Source: Clostridia bacterium (GTDB lineage Bacteria > Bacillota > Clostridia > Christensenellales > UBA1242). Taken from it: 64,000 nucleotides of DNA. The notes beneath the pieces were generated by a model that saw nothing but the letters and a program-made list of their open reading frames with translations, was not told the DNA's origin and did not search any database. Position 1 is the stretch's first letter; each line of letters opens with the position of its first letter. The DNA lies in NCBI GenBank assembly GCA_017481235.1, contig JAFUPL010000030.1, positions 578 through 64,577 on the forward strand, given 5' to 3'. Shown here in pieces: positions 1 through 11,198 of the stretch. The position numbers and the translations under genes are program-made.

Positions 1-316
1 TGATAGACTAGCAGGTTTTATTGAAGACAACTTTTTTGATAAAAAGATGCTTAATCGTTATATCAAACGAGTGTTGAACAAGGCGGAAATTAGTGAACAA
101 AATATAGTACTTGGTTGTACGCATTATGAGTTGCTGTTAGATGAGTTTAAATCACTTTTGCCAAACAAAAACTTTGTACTTCCATGTAAGGCATTTGTAG
201 ATAATTTAACATTGGATAAACCTAATATCGCAACTACAAAAGGGAATATGTTAATGCTAGCAACTTTGTCTACTAAATCCTATATAGACAAATTGTGGAA
301 GATATTTAATAAATAA
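1..316 (+). CDS. murI: glutamate racemase, C-terminal fragment (gene starts upstream of window)
   Basis: The frame is open from base 2. The GCTHYELL motif matches the conserved second catalytic-Cys motif (GCTHYPLL) of MurI/RacE. Confidence 0.75.
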   Translation, partial: DRLAGFIEDNFFDKKMLNRYIKRVLNKAEISEQNIVLGCTHYELLLDEFKSLLPNKNFVLPCKAFVDNLTLDKPNIATTKGNMLMLATLSTKSYIDKLWKIFNK

Positions 317-347
317 TAAAAATCGACAATAATAATATAACAAAAAA

Positions 348-380
348 GATTGCAACATGTGTTGTAACCTTATTTTGTAT
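348..380 (+). terminator. putative intrinsic terminator after murI
   Basis: Stem TTGCAAC/GTTGTAA (one G-U pair, valid only on the plus-strand RNA), loop ATGT, then a T-rich tail. It lies between convergent genes. Confidence 0.5.
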
Positions 381-663
381 TTTCATAATTATATTTTTTA
401 AACAAATTAATTCCAGATAGTTGATTTAATTGAGCAAGTATTTTAGTCCTTTGCTTTACTAATATTCCATACTTATTTTCCAGTTCATTATATAATTTAG
501 CGTATTCATCAGGATTAAAACGCAGTAATAATAGTTGATTTTCTTTTTCATAATATCCATCTAACTTTAGCATGTTTTCAATATTATATAATTCTGTACG
601 CAATTTATTTCGTAGTATCAAATTTTTTATAATTCTCATATATCCCTCATATAGCGTGGGCAT
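370..663 (-). CDS. hypothetical protein (97 aa)
   Basis: ORF with a plausible helical composition downstream of the PBP gene. No recognisable motif. Confidence 0.45.
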   Translation of the reverse strand: MPTLYEGYMRIIKNLILRNKLRTELYNIENMLKLDGYYEKENQLLLLRFNPDEYAKLYNELENKYGILVKQRTKILAQLNQLSGINLFKKYNYENTK

Positions 664-739
664 TTATAGTAGCATATAAAAATATCAATGTCAATTAATT
701 ATATTTAAATTTATACGAAAATGTTACTACACTTTACAA

Positions 740-2998
740 TCAAACATACCATTTACTTTTAGTTTTACGATTTTGATTGATAAAATTTTGATTTAACTGG
801 TCAATCAAATATTCTTGAGGATTGATTGAAATTTTTTCACTAACAAATCGCTGATTGGTGTATTTATTGACTGCTACAGCATAATATTCAACTTGATTAA
901 AACTAAACACCTTATCATCATAAATTTGATTTATATAGTCACCAACTAATCTAATTTGGTTATTAGAATTTGCATATATCTCATAATTATATAGCGAATT
1001 GTAGTCGATAACTATTTTAGCACCTATCGTTGTTAAATCAATATTTAAGTTAAATACGGGTTCTTGATATGTAGATGAAGTGTTGTTTGGAATATTGTCT
1101 ATTTTAAATATGTCATATATTATATAACGTTCCAGTGCATTACTAGGGGCAAGGGATACATTGTGATTGTCGTTATAGTCAATGCTATCAATTGCAACTT
1201 TTATAATATTATCATTTAATTTAAACGCCTCGGGTTTATTAGATGAATAAATATTTGATAATATATTTTTATTAATCATAGTGGGGTAAAAACTGCTACT
1301 TGAATTAGTTTCTAATCCTTTAGAAGTTGCATCTCCACACCATGAAAGGCATAAATGTTGAGTAGTGTAAGCAACATTCCAAAGGTCAGTATTTTTGCCG
1401 TTGTTTACCGCCGTTCCAGTTTTACTTGCCACCTCAAATGGCAAATCACCCAAACGCTTAGCAGTTCCAGTTTTAGCACATGTTTTAAGCATATCATTAA
1501 CTAACATGCAATCTTCTTGATTAAATAATTTATTGCTATATCCTTGATTTTGATATAATACATTACCATTTTGGTCTTCAATTTTTTCAATAAATGTAAT
1601 ACCTTTGTCAATTCCATTATTTTGAAGTACGCTATACGCTCGTGCAAGGTTAATAACACTTACTCCGCCACCTATATCGCCTAAGGCGATAGAAGGATTA
1701 GACTGATATGTATTAAACAAGTTTAATTTCATTCCAAATTCATTTACTGTATTTAATCCTATTTCGTTTAATAACTTAACTGCACACACATTGGAGGAAC
1801 GCGCTAGCGCATCTCTTACACTAATCCAACCCTCGTATTGGTCGCCAGCATTTTTAGGTGAGTAGTCAGTATCCAACTTTTCGTCCAATATAGGAGTAAT
1901 AGGGGAGATTGTGTTTGAACTAATAGCAGGTAAATATACAATCAATGGTTTAATCGCTGAAGCAGGACTTCGTTTCATGCTGCTCAAATTAAAATAACTA
2001 TCTCCAACATAGGCAAGTACTCTACCATTATTATCCGCCACCAATGCTAGTTTGTCCGCTTCAAATTGACTGGAATATAAAGCATTCTCTACTGTTTGTT
2101 GTATAGTGTTATCTAAATAGGTGTATACCTTTAAACCTTGTCGTAATAATTCCTTTTCACTAATATTTAATAGTTCGCATGCTTCAATTATTACTTGTTG
2201 ATTGTAACTATTGTCGTAGTTGTTTTTTTTAATACTAACATCTATAGGTTTAACTACGTTTTCGTTATATTCTTGTAAAGATATAAATCCATCATTATAC
2301 ATTTCCTTAAGTACTATATTTTTGCGTTTAAAGCAATTTTCTGGATAATTGATAGGGGAATAGTATACGGGGGATTTAATAATCCCTGCAAGACACGCAG
2401 ATTCATTAATGTCAAGTTCATTAGCAGACTTATCAAAATACAAATTACTGGCGCTTTCAATACCATAGGCATTACTTCCAAAGTATATAGAATTTAAGTA
2501 CATATTTAATATATCTTGTTTATCAAAGTTTTGTTCGGTTTTAACTGCCAGCATTATTTCCTTAAATTTACGTGAATATGTTTTTTCGTTATTTAACAGT
2601 AAATTTTTTACTAGTTGTTGAGTAATGGTAGATGCCCCTTGAGTTTTACTTTGATTTTTAAGGTTAACAAGAGTTGCCTTTGCAATACGTTTTAGGTCGT
2701 AACCATTATGCTTATAAAATCGCTTATCCTCAATTGAAATAAAAGCATTTAGTGTATGGGGTTGAAGATTAGAGGTTGATATTATCTTTTTATCACTAGA
2801 ATAATAAATTGGGTTAGAGTTACATGTGCTATCGTATATCTCAATACCTAAGTTTGAAGATACCAGTTTTGATTTGTTTAACGGAGTGGTAATATAACTA
2901 AAAGTAATAAATGTAAAAGTTGCAATAAAAAGCACGGCAATAGTTATTAGTATTGCTAAAAGTATTTTTCTTATATTAATTTTTTTTGCTTTATACAT
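740..2998 (-). CDS. class A penicillin-binding protein (glycosyltransferase + transpeptidase)
   Basis: N-terminal TM helix. GT51 motifs EDKRFYKHNGYD and GASTITQQLVKN. Transpeptidase motifs SAIK (SxxK), SSN (SxN) and KTGTA (KTG). Confidence 0.9.
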   Translation of the reverse strand: MYKAKKINIRKILLAILITIAVLFIATFTFITFSYITTPLNKSKLVSSNLGIEIYDSTCNSNPIYYSSDKKIISTSNLQPHTLNAFISIEDKRFYKHNGYDLKRIAKATLVNLKNQSKTQGASTITQQLVKNLLLNNEKTYSRKFKEIMLAVKTEQNFDKQDILNMYLNSIYFGSNAYGIESASNLYFDKSANELDINESACLAGIIKSPVYYSPINYPENCFKRKNIVLKEMYNDGFISLQEYNENVVKPIDVSIKKNNYDNSYNQQVIIEACELLNISEKELLRQGLKVYTYLDNTIQQTVENALYSSQFEADKLALVADNNGRVLAYVGDSYFNLSSMKRSPASAIKPLIVYLPAISSNTISPITPILDEKLDTDYSPKNAGDQYEGWISVRDALARSSNVCAVKLLNEIGLNTVNEFGMKLNLFNTYQSNPSIALGDIGGGVSVINLARAYSVLQNNGIDKGITFIEKIEDQNGNVLYQNQGYSNKLFNQEDCMLVNDMLKTCAKTGTAKRLGDLPFEVASKTGTAVNNGKNTDLWNVAYTTQHLCLSWCGDATSKGLETNSSSSFYPTMINKNILSNIYSSNKPEAFKLNDNIIKVAIDSIDYNDNHNVSLAPSNALERYIIYDIFKIDNIPNNTSSTYQEPVFNLNIDLTTIGAKIVIDYNSLYNYEIYANSNNQIRLVGDYINQIYDDKVFSFNQVEYYAVAVNKYTNQRFVSEKISINPQEYLIDQLNQNFINQNRKTKSKWYV

Positions 2999-3089
2999 CG
3001 TTAATAGTATTTGTAACTTGCCACTATTTTATAAGTTTTTTAATTAAATAGTTGAAAAAACTATTATTTTATATTATAATATACTTATT

Positions 3090-4427
3090 ATGAGTTATTT
3101 TAGTGGTAAAAAATATAATATAGTTACTTTTGGTTGCCAAATGAATGTGCACGAAAGTGAAAAAATTGCAGGAATTTTACAAGATTTGGGATTAACTCAC
3201 ATTGAAAAACCAGAAATGGCAGATGTGGTTGTTTTTAATACGTGTTGTATACGTGAAGGGGCGGAAGATAGAGCGTTTTCTAATATCTCTGCACTAAAAA
3301 AATGCAAAGCACAAAACAAAGATATGATTATAGCAGTTTGTGGGTGTATGCCTCAACAAAAGCAAGGTAAATATGATTTTAAAAAGAAATTGCCTTTTGT
3401 AGATATTGTTATAGGAACGCATAATGTTAATATGCTTGGTGTGTATTTAAAACAAGTGGTTGATACTAAAAAACGTGTATTTGAAGTAGTGGAAACGCCT
3501 ATTAGTTTGGAAGAAGGTAAAACCACAATTCGCGATGACCAAATAAATGCTTATGTAAATATTATATATGGTTGCAATAAATTTTGTACGTATTGCATTG
3601 TTCCGCATGTTCGTGGTAGGGAGCGTAGCAGACCATATAAGGATATTGAAGCAGAAGTTAAGGATTTGATTGGCAAAGGATACAGATATATTACTTTGTT
3701 GGGTCAAAATGTTAACTCATACGGTAAAGACTTAAACGAAGGAATTGATTTTGCTACACTTTTAACGAAACTTTCACAAATAGAGGGTGAGTTTAAACTT
3801 AAGTTTATGACCTCACACCCAATAGATTTTAATAAAGACGTTATTAAAGTAATGAAAAATCAACCTAAAGTTGCTAAATGCTTGCATTTACCAGTTCAAT
3901 CGGGAAATGATGAAGTGTTGTTTAAAATGAATCGTCATTACAATATAAAGCACTATAACAAATTGATTAAAGCAACTAAACGTGCGGTTAAAAATGTTGC
4001 ATTAAGTACGGATATTATTGTTGGTTTCCCAGGTGAAACGGAAAAGGCTTTTGAGGATACCTTAAAACTAATTAAAAAGGTTAGATACGACCAAATATTT
4101 GCCTTTATGTACTCTAAGCGTACTGGTACTCCAGCAGTGTTGCTTCCAAATCAAATTGACGAAGATGTAAAAAACAAACGCATTAATAAATTATTACGTG
4201 AACAAAAATTTATTTCAAAACAAATGTTGAATGCTTGTGTTGGTAAAACATACAACTGCTTAGTGGTGGTTAAAAATGGCGTAACAATGGGATTAACTGA
4301 TGGGGGTAGGGAAATTTATCTTCCAAACGATAGTAATAATCAAGTTAATCATTTTGTAGATATTAAAATTGAAGATATTCGTAATCATAAATTATCAGGA
4401 GTTATAATAGATGGCAGAAGGAACTAA
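3090..4427 (+). CDS. miaB: tRNA (i6A37) methylthiotransferase MiaB
   Basis: N-terminal FGCQMN Cys domain, radical-SAM CNKFCTYC motif and a TRAM-like C-terminus. Sits upstream of mutS. Confidence 0.88.
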   Translation: MSYFSGKKYNIVTFGCQMNVHESEKIAGILQDLGLTHIEKPEMADVVVFNTCCIREGAEDRAFSNISALKKCKAQNKDMIIAVCGCMPQQKQGKYDFKKKLPFVDIVIGTHNVNMLGVYLKQVVDTKKRVFEVVETPISLEEGKTTIRDDQINAYVNIIYGCNKFCTYCIVPHVRGRERSRPYKDIEAEVKDLIGKGYRYITLLGQNVNSYGKDLNEGIDFATLLTKLSQIEGEFKLKFMTSHPIDFNKDVIKVMKNQPKVAKCLHLPVQSGNDEVLFKMNRHYNIKHYNKLIKATKRAVKNVALSTDIIVGFPGETEKAFEDTLKLIKKVRYDQIFAFMYSKRTGTPAVLLPNQIDEDVKNKRINKLLREQKFISKQMLNACVGKTYNCLVVVKNGVTMGLTDGGREIYLPNDSNNQVNHFVDIKIEDIRNHKLSGVIIDGRRN

Positions 4428-6966
4428 AAACAAATTATCACCTATGATGGAACGCTATGTATTGATGAAGGAAAATTATAAAGATGCAATACTATTTTAT
4501 CGTTTGGGTGATTTTTACGAAATGTTTTTCGAAGATGCTGAAACAGTAAGTAGAGAATTGGGACTAACATTAACTGGTAAAGATTGTGGACTTAGCGAAC
4601 GCGCACCAATGTGTGGAGTTCCACACCATGCCTATGAAAATTATGTAGCAAAACTAATCAATAAAGGTTATAAAGTTGCAATATGCGAGCAAGTGTCCCC
4701 AGGTGATGGAAAAGTAATGGACCGTGAAGTAGTGCGTATAATTACACCTGGAACTGTTATTGACGATTCAATGCTTGAAGACCGTTCTAATGCCTACATA
4801 ATGAGTATATATCAATGTAACGACACAATATCTTTTGCTTATGCAGATATTTCTACAGGCGAATTTTGTGTGGGAAAAACATCACATAATTCTATAAATT
4901 ATATTAATGACCAAATAGTTTGCGTAAATCCCGCCGAGATTATTTGTAATGCTCAAATGCGTGAAAATTCTTCCAAACTTCCAGTAGTACTTAAAGGAAG
5001 TAGTCCTAAATTTAACCAATACTATGAATGGGAATATGGTTTAGATAATGCGAAAAAACAAATATTGCAACACTACAAACTAGATAGTTTGACAGGATTT
5101 GACTTTGATGATAATGAATGTATTAAAGCAGTAGGAAGTTTGTTGTCATATTTGCTGGAAACTCAAAAAAGAGATTTACAGCATTTAAATTTACCTAAAC
5201 TTATTAAAGATGAACAATACATGTATCTTGACGATAATACAAGGCGTAATTTAGAACTAGAGCAACGCATGAAAGACGGCAACAAGTCAGGGTCTCTTCT
5301 TTGGGTGTTGGACAAAACTAATACTAGCGCAGGAGCAAGGTTGCTACGTAATTGGGTTAGTAAACCATTACAACGAATAGATGAAATAAATACAAGACTT
5401 AATATTGTGCAATTTTTAGTCAATAATCCGCTTTTGCGCTCAGGTTTAAATAAAGAATTGTGCCAAATTTATGATATCGAACGACTTGTTGCACGTTTAG
5501 CGTATGGAACAATCATTCCGCGTGAATTTAATAATATTGCAAAATCTATCGAACCTATAATGCATATTAAGGAAATGCTTAATAATTGTCCTTGTAGTGA
5601 ACTTAATACAATAGTAAAGCAAATTAAAGATTTTACTAATGTTGCTAATCAAATTTTTGATTTTATAGTAGCACAACCACCAGCGTTATATAAAGATGGT
5701 GGATATATTAAGGAAGGTGTGAACGAGGAACTTGACAGATTACGTAATATTAACACCAATAATGGTACATATATTAAAGATTATGCAATTCGTGAACAAC
5801 AACGCACAGGCATTAAGGGATTAAAAATTGGTTATAACCGTGTATTTGGTTATTACATCGAAATAGGTAAACAATATTCAGATATGGTTCCACTTGAATA
5901 TGTTAGAAAGCAAACTATAAGCAATAACGAACGCTATATTACCGAGGAGTTAAAGCAGTACGAAAACGAAGTCCTTACCAGTAGCGAGCGTAGTATTAAA
6001 TTAGAAGTAGAATTGTATGATAACTTTAAAACGTCCATGATGGAGTATTGTAAAGATTTTCAACAATTAGCGTATTTAATATCTCAAATAGATTGTTTTA
6101 ATAGTCTTGCTACAGTTGCCGTGGATAACAATTATTGTAAACCTCAAATAGTAAATAATAATCAATTATTTATCAAAAATGGTAGACACCCAGTTATTGA
6201 AATATTGCAAAAGAAACGCGGATTTATTGAAAATGATACAAGTTTAGATGCTGGTGAAAATAGAACAATGATTTTAACAGGACCTAATATGGCAGGTAAA
6301 AGTACATATATGCGACAAGTAGCACTTATCACGCTTATGGCACATATTGGAAGTTTTGTACCCGCTAGTGAGGCGCAAATTTCAATTGTAGACCGCATAT
6401 TTACACGTATTGGTGCTAGTGATGACTTGGCTGTTGGTCAAAGTACTTTTATGGTGGAAATGGTGGAAGTTAGCAACATTTTAACCTTTGCCACCAATAA
6501 AAGTTTAATAATCCTTGATGAAGTGGGTAGAGGAACTTCTACACATGATGGAATGAGTATTGCTTCAGCGGTGGTTGAATATTTATCAAAAACTTTGCAT
6601 TGTAAAACATTGTTTGCTACGCATTATCACGAATTAATGCATCTTGAAGGCACATTAGACGGCGTTAAAAATTACTGTATTTCAATTAAGGAAATTAATG
6701 GAGAATTAGTGTTTTTACGTAAAATTATGCGTGGTTCAGCAACGCGTAGTTATGGCATTGAAGTTGCTTCACTTGCGGGTATTCCACAACAAGTAATTAA
6801 ACGTGCTAAGGAAATACTGTTGGATTTGGAAAAAGGTGAAAAACAACAAACAATATCCAACGACAATGCGTTGATAGATACCTTAAAATCGATAGATATA
6901 AATACACTTAGTCCAATGCTTGCATTTGATACTTTAGTACATTTAATTGATATGATAAAGGAGTAA
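4411..6966 (+). CDS. mutS: DNA mismatch repair protein MutS
   Basis: N-terminal TPMM-like start (SPMMERY), Walker A GPNMAGKST, STFMVEM and DEVGRGTSTHDG motifs. 851 aa. Confidence 0.97.
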   Translation: MAEGTKNKLSPMMERYVLMKENYKDAILFYRLGDFYEMFFEDAETVSRELGLTLTGKDCGLSERAPMCGVPHHAYENYVAKLINKGYKVAICEQVSPGDGKVMDREVVRIITPGTVIDDSMLEDRSNAYIMSIYQCNDTISFAYADISTGEFCVGKTSHNSINYINDQIVCVNPAEIICNAQMRENSSKLPVVLKGSSPKFNQYYEWEYGLDNAKKQILQHYKLDSLTGFDFDDNECIKAVGSLLSYLLETQKRDLQHLNLPKLIKDEQYMYLDDNTRRNLELEQRMKDGNKSGSLLWVLDKTNTSAGARLLRNWVSKPLQRIDEINTRLNIVQFLVNNPLLRSGLNKELCQIYDIERLVARLAYGTIIPREFNNIAKSIEPIMHIKEMLNNCPCSELNTIVKQIKDFTNVANQIFDFIVAQPPALYKDGGYIKEGVNEELDRLRNINTNNGTYIKDYAIREQQRTGIKGLKIGYNRVFGYYIEIGKQYSDMVPLEYVRKQTISNNERYITEELKQYENEVLTSSERSIKLEVELYDNFKTSMMEYCKDFQQLAYLISQIDCFNSLATVAVDNNYCKPQIVNNNQLFIKNGRHPVIEILQKKRGFIENDTSLDAGENRTMILTGPNMAGKSTYMRQVALITLMAHIGSFVPASEAQISIVDRIFTRIGASDDLAVGQSTFMVEMVEVSNILTFATNKSLIILDEVGRGTSTHDGMSIASAVVEYLSKTLHCKTLFATHYHELMHLEGTLDGVKNYCISIKEINGELVFLRKIMRGSATRSYGIEVASLAGIPQQVIKRAKEILLDLEKGEKQQTISNDNALIDTLKSIDINTLSPMLAFDTLVHLIDMIKE

Positions 6967-6969
6967 TAT

Positions 6970-8871
6970 ATGGCAATTAATATTTTAGATAGCGTAATTG
7001 CTAATAGAATATCAGCAGGTGAGGTGGTTGAAAAACCAGCATCTATTGTTAAAGAGTTGATGGATAATGCTTTAGATGCAGGTGCAACCGAAATTAATAT
7101 TGATATAGTTAGTGGTGGAATTGATTTAATTGCCATTCGTGATAACGGTTGCGGTATTGAACCCGAAGACGTGAAAAAAGCATTCTTGCCACACGCTACA
7201 AGTAAAATTTCCAAACTCGAAGACTTGGATAGTATTGCAACTTTAGGTTTTAGAGGCGAAGCATTAGCAAGTATTTCAAGCGTAAGTCAAGTAACCATGA
7301 TAACAAAAACTAAAAATTTAGATTATGCAAGTCAAATTTCAGTTAATGGCGGAGTGTTTGGAAAAATTGGTGCTACTTCAAGCACTGATGGCACATATAT
7401 TGAGGTTAGAAATTTATTTTTCAACACTCCAGCAAGAAGAAAATTTTTACGTCGTCCTAAAACCGAGGAAAGTGAAATAACTAATTTTATAAGTAGATAT
7501 ATTTTAGCACACCCACACATTAAAATTAGATATACCGCTAATGAAAAACTTATATTTAACAATCTTGGTGGAGATTTGCTAAGTGCTATTAGTTGTGTGT
7601 ATGGAATGGATATCATACCACAATTAGACTATATTAAATATGACAGCGGATATGTTAAAATTGAGGGTTATATAGGCAAAGTTTCATTTACAAAACCAAA
7701 TACAACATATCAAACCTTATTAGTAAATGGCAGATATGTAATTGATGAGGGTATTTCAAAAGCGGTTTATTCTGCATATGAAGAATTTTTAATGTCAAGA
7801 CAATTTCCGTTTTATGTTATAAACTTACGTATCCCTTATGATGAGGTAGATGTTAATGTGCACCCTAACAAATTGAATGTTAAATTTGCACACCCTAATG
7901 AAATGTTTGACGTTTTTTATCGCGCCGTACGACAAACTATTTACAATAGTTTAAATCCTATTACGGAAAGCGCATCATACGTATCCAACAATGAAGTTAA
8001 TTATAACGATTCAGATGACGACGGACCAAGTCAAAATGCAGTATTTTATGATAAATCTTTACCTAAGCAAGATGCTATTAAATTGCAACAGTTTAGCGAA
8101 AAAGATTTTAATCAAAAGTTACAGCAAGTTGAACAAGAAGTGGAAATTGAACCTATTAAACAACTTTCCCAAGACAAAATTATAAACAACATTAAACTTG
8201 AAAAATTTGTTCCAGAACGAAATGCTTCAATGTTTGATAAGGATATTAAACTTAATTCTACCGAGGAACACCCAAGTTATCAATCAATTACTAATTTTAG
8301 TGATTATAAGATAATAGGGGAAATATTTAACGAATTTTTAATCTTGGAAAAAGATGATGTTATGTTGCTTGTGGATTTTCATGCGGGGCATGAGCGTTTG
8401 CTATATGACCAATTGGTATCTACGATTAACAATCAACGCATTGATATTCAAACCTTGCTAGTGCCATACTTTCATCAATTAAATGTTCAAGAAATTGAAT
8501 ATATAATGTTGTTACAAGATGGTTTAAAAAAGTTGGGTTTTGAAATAGAACAAGTTGGTCCTAATCAAGTTAGTGTTTTAACTGTTCCAGTAATATTAAG
8601 TGATATCAATCTAAAAAACTTTGTCCAAGATTTGTTACATGATATGAGCAACAAAAAACCAAAAATTAATAACGAACTTGACCGAATGCTAATGCAAAAA
8701 GCATGTAAATCCGCAGTAAAATCGGGCATGAGTTTAAACATATCACAAGTTCAACAATTATTAAAAAATCTTGATATTAATCAACCCGTATTGTTATGTC
8801 CACATGGTAGACCAATTGTTACAATTGTTAAACGCAGTCAAATTGAAAAATGGTTTAAAAGGATTGTGTAA
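6970..8871 (+). CDS. mutL: DNA mismatch repair protein MutL
   Basis: GHKL ATPase motifs (ELMDNALDAG, DNGCGI). The C-terminal DFHAGHERLLYD matches the MutL endonuclease motif DQHAxxExxxxE. Confidence 0.95.
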   Translation: MAINILDSVIANRISAGEVVEKPASIVKELMDNALDAGATEINIDIVSGGIDLIAIRDNGCGIEPEDVKKAFLPHATSKISKLEDLDSIATLGFRGEALASISSVSQVTMITKTKNLDYASQISVNGGVFGKIGATSSTDGTYIEVRNLFFNTPARRKFLRRPKTEESEITNFISRYILAHPHIKIRYTANEKLIFNNLGGDLLSAISCVYGMDIIPQLDYIKYDSGYVKIEGYIGKVSFTKPNTTYQTLLVNGRYVIDEGISKAVYSAYEEFLMSRQFPFYVINLRIPYDEVDVNVHPNKLNVKFAHPNEMFDVFYRAVRQTIYNSLNPITESASYVSNNEVNYNDSDDDGPSQNAVFYDKSLPKQDAIKLQQFSEKDFNQKLQQVEQEVEIEPIKQLSQDKIINNIKLEKFVPERNASMFDKDIKLNSTEEHPSYQSITNFSDYKIIGEIFNEFLILEKDDVMLLVDFHAGHERLLYDQLVSTINNQRIDIQTLLVPYFHQLNVQEIEYIMLLQDGLKKLGFEIEQVGPNQVSVLTVPVILSDINLKNFVQDLLHDMSNKKPKINNELDRMLMQKACKSAVKSGMSLNISQVQQLLKNLDINQPVLLCPHGRPIVTIVKRSQIEKWFKRIV

Positions 8872-8873
8872 TT

Positions 8874-9779
8874 ATGGCAAATATTGTTATAATAACAGGA
8901 TTTACAGGTTCGGGCAAAAGTGGATTGGCTATTGATATCGCCAAAAAATATAATGGTGAAGTTATATCTTGTGATTCGGTACAAGTATACAAGGGTTTAA
9001 ATATTGGCTCTGCTAAAGTTACAGTTGAGGAAATGCAAAATATTCCACATCACCTTATTGATATTATAGAACCACATGAGGATTATAGCGTGGGACGATT
9101 TGTTAAGGATTGTGAAAGTGCAATAAACGACATTATATCGCGAGGCAAACTTCCTATATTAGTAGGGGGCACAGGTTTATATATTAAAGCGCTAATTGAC
9201 GGTTATGATTTTAGTAGCACTACTAAGCATGAAGATTTTAGACAAAAGTATTTTAATCTTGCTACTGAATTTGGAAATAAGTATGTATGGGATAAACTAA
9301 ATGAAATTGCTCCAGACAAGGCACAAACTGTACACGAAAACAATGTAAAACGTGTAATTAGATATTTGGAGATTGCCACTTTTGGAAAACAAGAAAACAC
9401 ATCATATAGTGTATTAAGTAATTATAATACACTTTGTGTGGGGATAGTAGAAGATAGGGAATTGATTTATAATAAGATTAATCAACGTGTTGATGTAATG
9501 ATTGACTTGGGATTGCAACATGAAGTTCAAACTTTATTAAACAAGGGTTTGACGCTTAATAACAATTGTTTAAATACAATTGGTTATCGTGAAATGGTCG
9601 AGTATTTGCAAGGCAAAACCACTTACAATAAATGTATCGAATTAATCAAGCAACATACACGCAATTATTGTAAAAGACAACTTACTTTTATGAAAACAAT
9701 TCCAAATTTAAAATTAATGAAAAAAGAAGAAGCACGTAAAGTAATAGAGGAGTTTTTAAATGATACTATTAAACAATAA
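8874..9779 (+). CDS. miaA: tRNA dimethylallyltransferase MiaA
   Basis: P-loop GFTGSGKS, the SCDSVQVYKGLNIGSAK motif, and a position directly after mutL. Confidence 0.93.
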   Translation: MANIVIITGFTGSGKSGLAIDIAKKYNGEVISCDSVQVYKGLNIGSAKVTVEEMQNIPHHLIDIIEPHEDYSVGRFVKDCESAINDIISRGKLPILVGGTGLYIKALIDGYDFSSTTKHEDFRQKYFNLATEFGNKYVWDKLNEIAPDKAQTVHENNVKRVIRYLEIATFGKQENTSYSVLSNYNTLCVGIVEDRELIYNKINQRVDVMIDLGLQHEVQTLLNKGLTLNNNCLNTIGYREMVEYLQGKTTYNKCIELIKQHTRNYCKRQLTFMKTIPNLKLMKKEEARKVIEEFLNDTIKQ

Positions 9780-11025
9780 AGCACAACAATTTGTTGAAAC
9801 TAACGAGCAACTTTGCTTAGAACGTTTTAAACAAATTGACCAAATTGAGTTAACTAACCAATTAAAAGTACTTAATGCGTTTAACAAAGCGGGACTTGCC
9901 GAAAGGCATTTTATTGGAAGTTTTGGTTATGGGCATGGTGATATTGGTAAAGAGATTACCAATGAAATTTTTGCCACGATTTTTAATACTGAATCCGCTA
10001 TTGCTTCACCAATGCTTACTTGCGGTACGGCAACTATTTCTCATACATTACTAGGATTATTGCGTCCTAATGACCTAATGCTTTGCGTCAGTGGCACTCC
10101 TTATGATACCTTGAAAGACGTATTATTTGGAGTAGAAGGCGAGGATAATGGAAGTTTAAAGGATTTGGGAATTAAGTATGACCAAATAGATCTTATTAAT
10201 AATGATTTTAATTATGATGAGATTATAAAATATTTGACCTTACACAACGTAAAAATGCTATATGTACAACGTTCACGTGGGTATGAGTGGCGCAATGCTA
10301 TTAATATAGCACAAATGGAAAAGTTATTTAAACTGGTTCGCAATACTTCACCTAATACAATAATAGTAGTAGATAATTGCTATGGTGAATTTGTTGAAAC
10401 TAAAGAACCCACAGATGTTGGCGCAGATATTGCAATGGGGTCTATGATTAAAAATATTGGCGGAGGAATTGCTCCAACAGGTGGTTATGTTGTGGGAAAT
10501 ACAAAACTAATTAATATGATTGCTTGCCATTTATTTTCACCAGCACTTGGAATAGATTCGGGTTCGTATAGTGAGGGTTACAAACTTATATTGCAAGGAT
10601 TATTTGTTGCACCACATATTGTATCTCAGGCAAAAAAGGTAGCAGTACTTACTTCACAATGTTTAAATAGTTTGGGTTATCAAACAATCCCTAGCAAAGA
10701 TGATGTAATGAGTGATATTGTATGCTCAATTAAATTTGGAGAACCTAATACATTAATCAAATTTTGTAGATGTATTCAAAATGCTTCGCCAGTAGATGGA
10801 AACACTTTGCTTGAACCTAGTGATATGGCAGGGTATGAAGATAAAATTATTATGGCGTCGGGAAGTTTTAATCAAGGTTCTAGCATTGAATTATCATGTG
10901 ATGCACCAATACGTAAACCTTTTATTGGATACCTACAAGGAAGTTTGAGTTATGCGCATGGTAAAATTGCCTTAACTTATGCTTTGCAACGCACGTTTGA
11001 AGAAATGTTATATAATCTAACGTAA
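9760..11025 (+). CDS. aluminium-resistance / YnbB-type methionine-gamma-lyase family PLP protein
   Basis: About 420 aa, with SMIKNIGGGIAPTGGY and GYGHGDIGKE segments typical of the COG4100 family. Recalled similarity only, not searched. Confidence 0.6.
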   Translation: MILLNNKAQQFVETNEQLCLERFKQIDQIELTNQLKVLNAFNKAGLAERHFIGSFGYGHGDIGKEITNEIFATIFNTESAIASPMLTCGTATISHTLLGLLRPNDLMLCVSGTPYDTLKDVLFGVEGEDNGSLKDLGIKYDQIDLINNDFNYDEIIKYLTLHNVKMLYVQRSRGYEWRNAINIAQMEKLFKLVRNTSPNTIIVVDNCYGEFVETKEPTDVGADIAMGSMIKNIGGGIAPTGGYVVGNTKLINMIACHLFSPALGIDSGSYSEGYKLILQGLFVAPHIVSQAKKVAVLTSQCLNSLGYQTIPSKDDVMSDIVCSIKFGEPNTLIKFCRCIQNASPVDGNTLLEPSDMAGYEDKIIMASGSFNQGSSIELSCDAPIRKPFIGYLQGSLSYAHGKIALTYALQRTFEEMLYNLT

Positions 11026-11060
11026 TTCAAAACTTGTGGAGTATATCGTAATATTTATAC

Positions 11061-11097
11061 AAAAAAAATTATCTCTATTATGAGATAATTTTTTTTC
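11061..11097. terminator. bidirectional intrinsic terminator
   Basis: Stem AATTATCTC/GAGATAATT flanked by an A-run and a T-run, between convergent genes. Confidence 0.8.
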
Positions 11098-11198
11098 TTT
11101 TTATTGTTATTCAATAATTTTTAATATAATTCAAACTTATAAAAACCTTGTATTAACAACTTAAATATTAATCCGTTTCAAATTTTACTTACTATATT

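Noticed and set aside
6750-7214. 154-aa minus-strand ORF spanning the mutS/mutL junction, and similar antisense ORFs at 3447-3707, 5163-5423, 6162-6398 and 7332-7616.
   Set aside because: They are entirely antisense to strongly supported genes, Ser/Ile/Leu-rich in composition, and lack an RBS. They are typical shadow ORFs.
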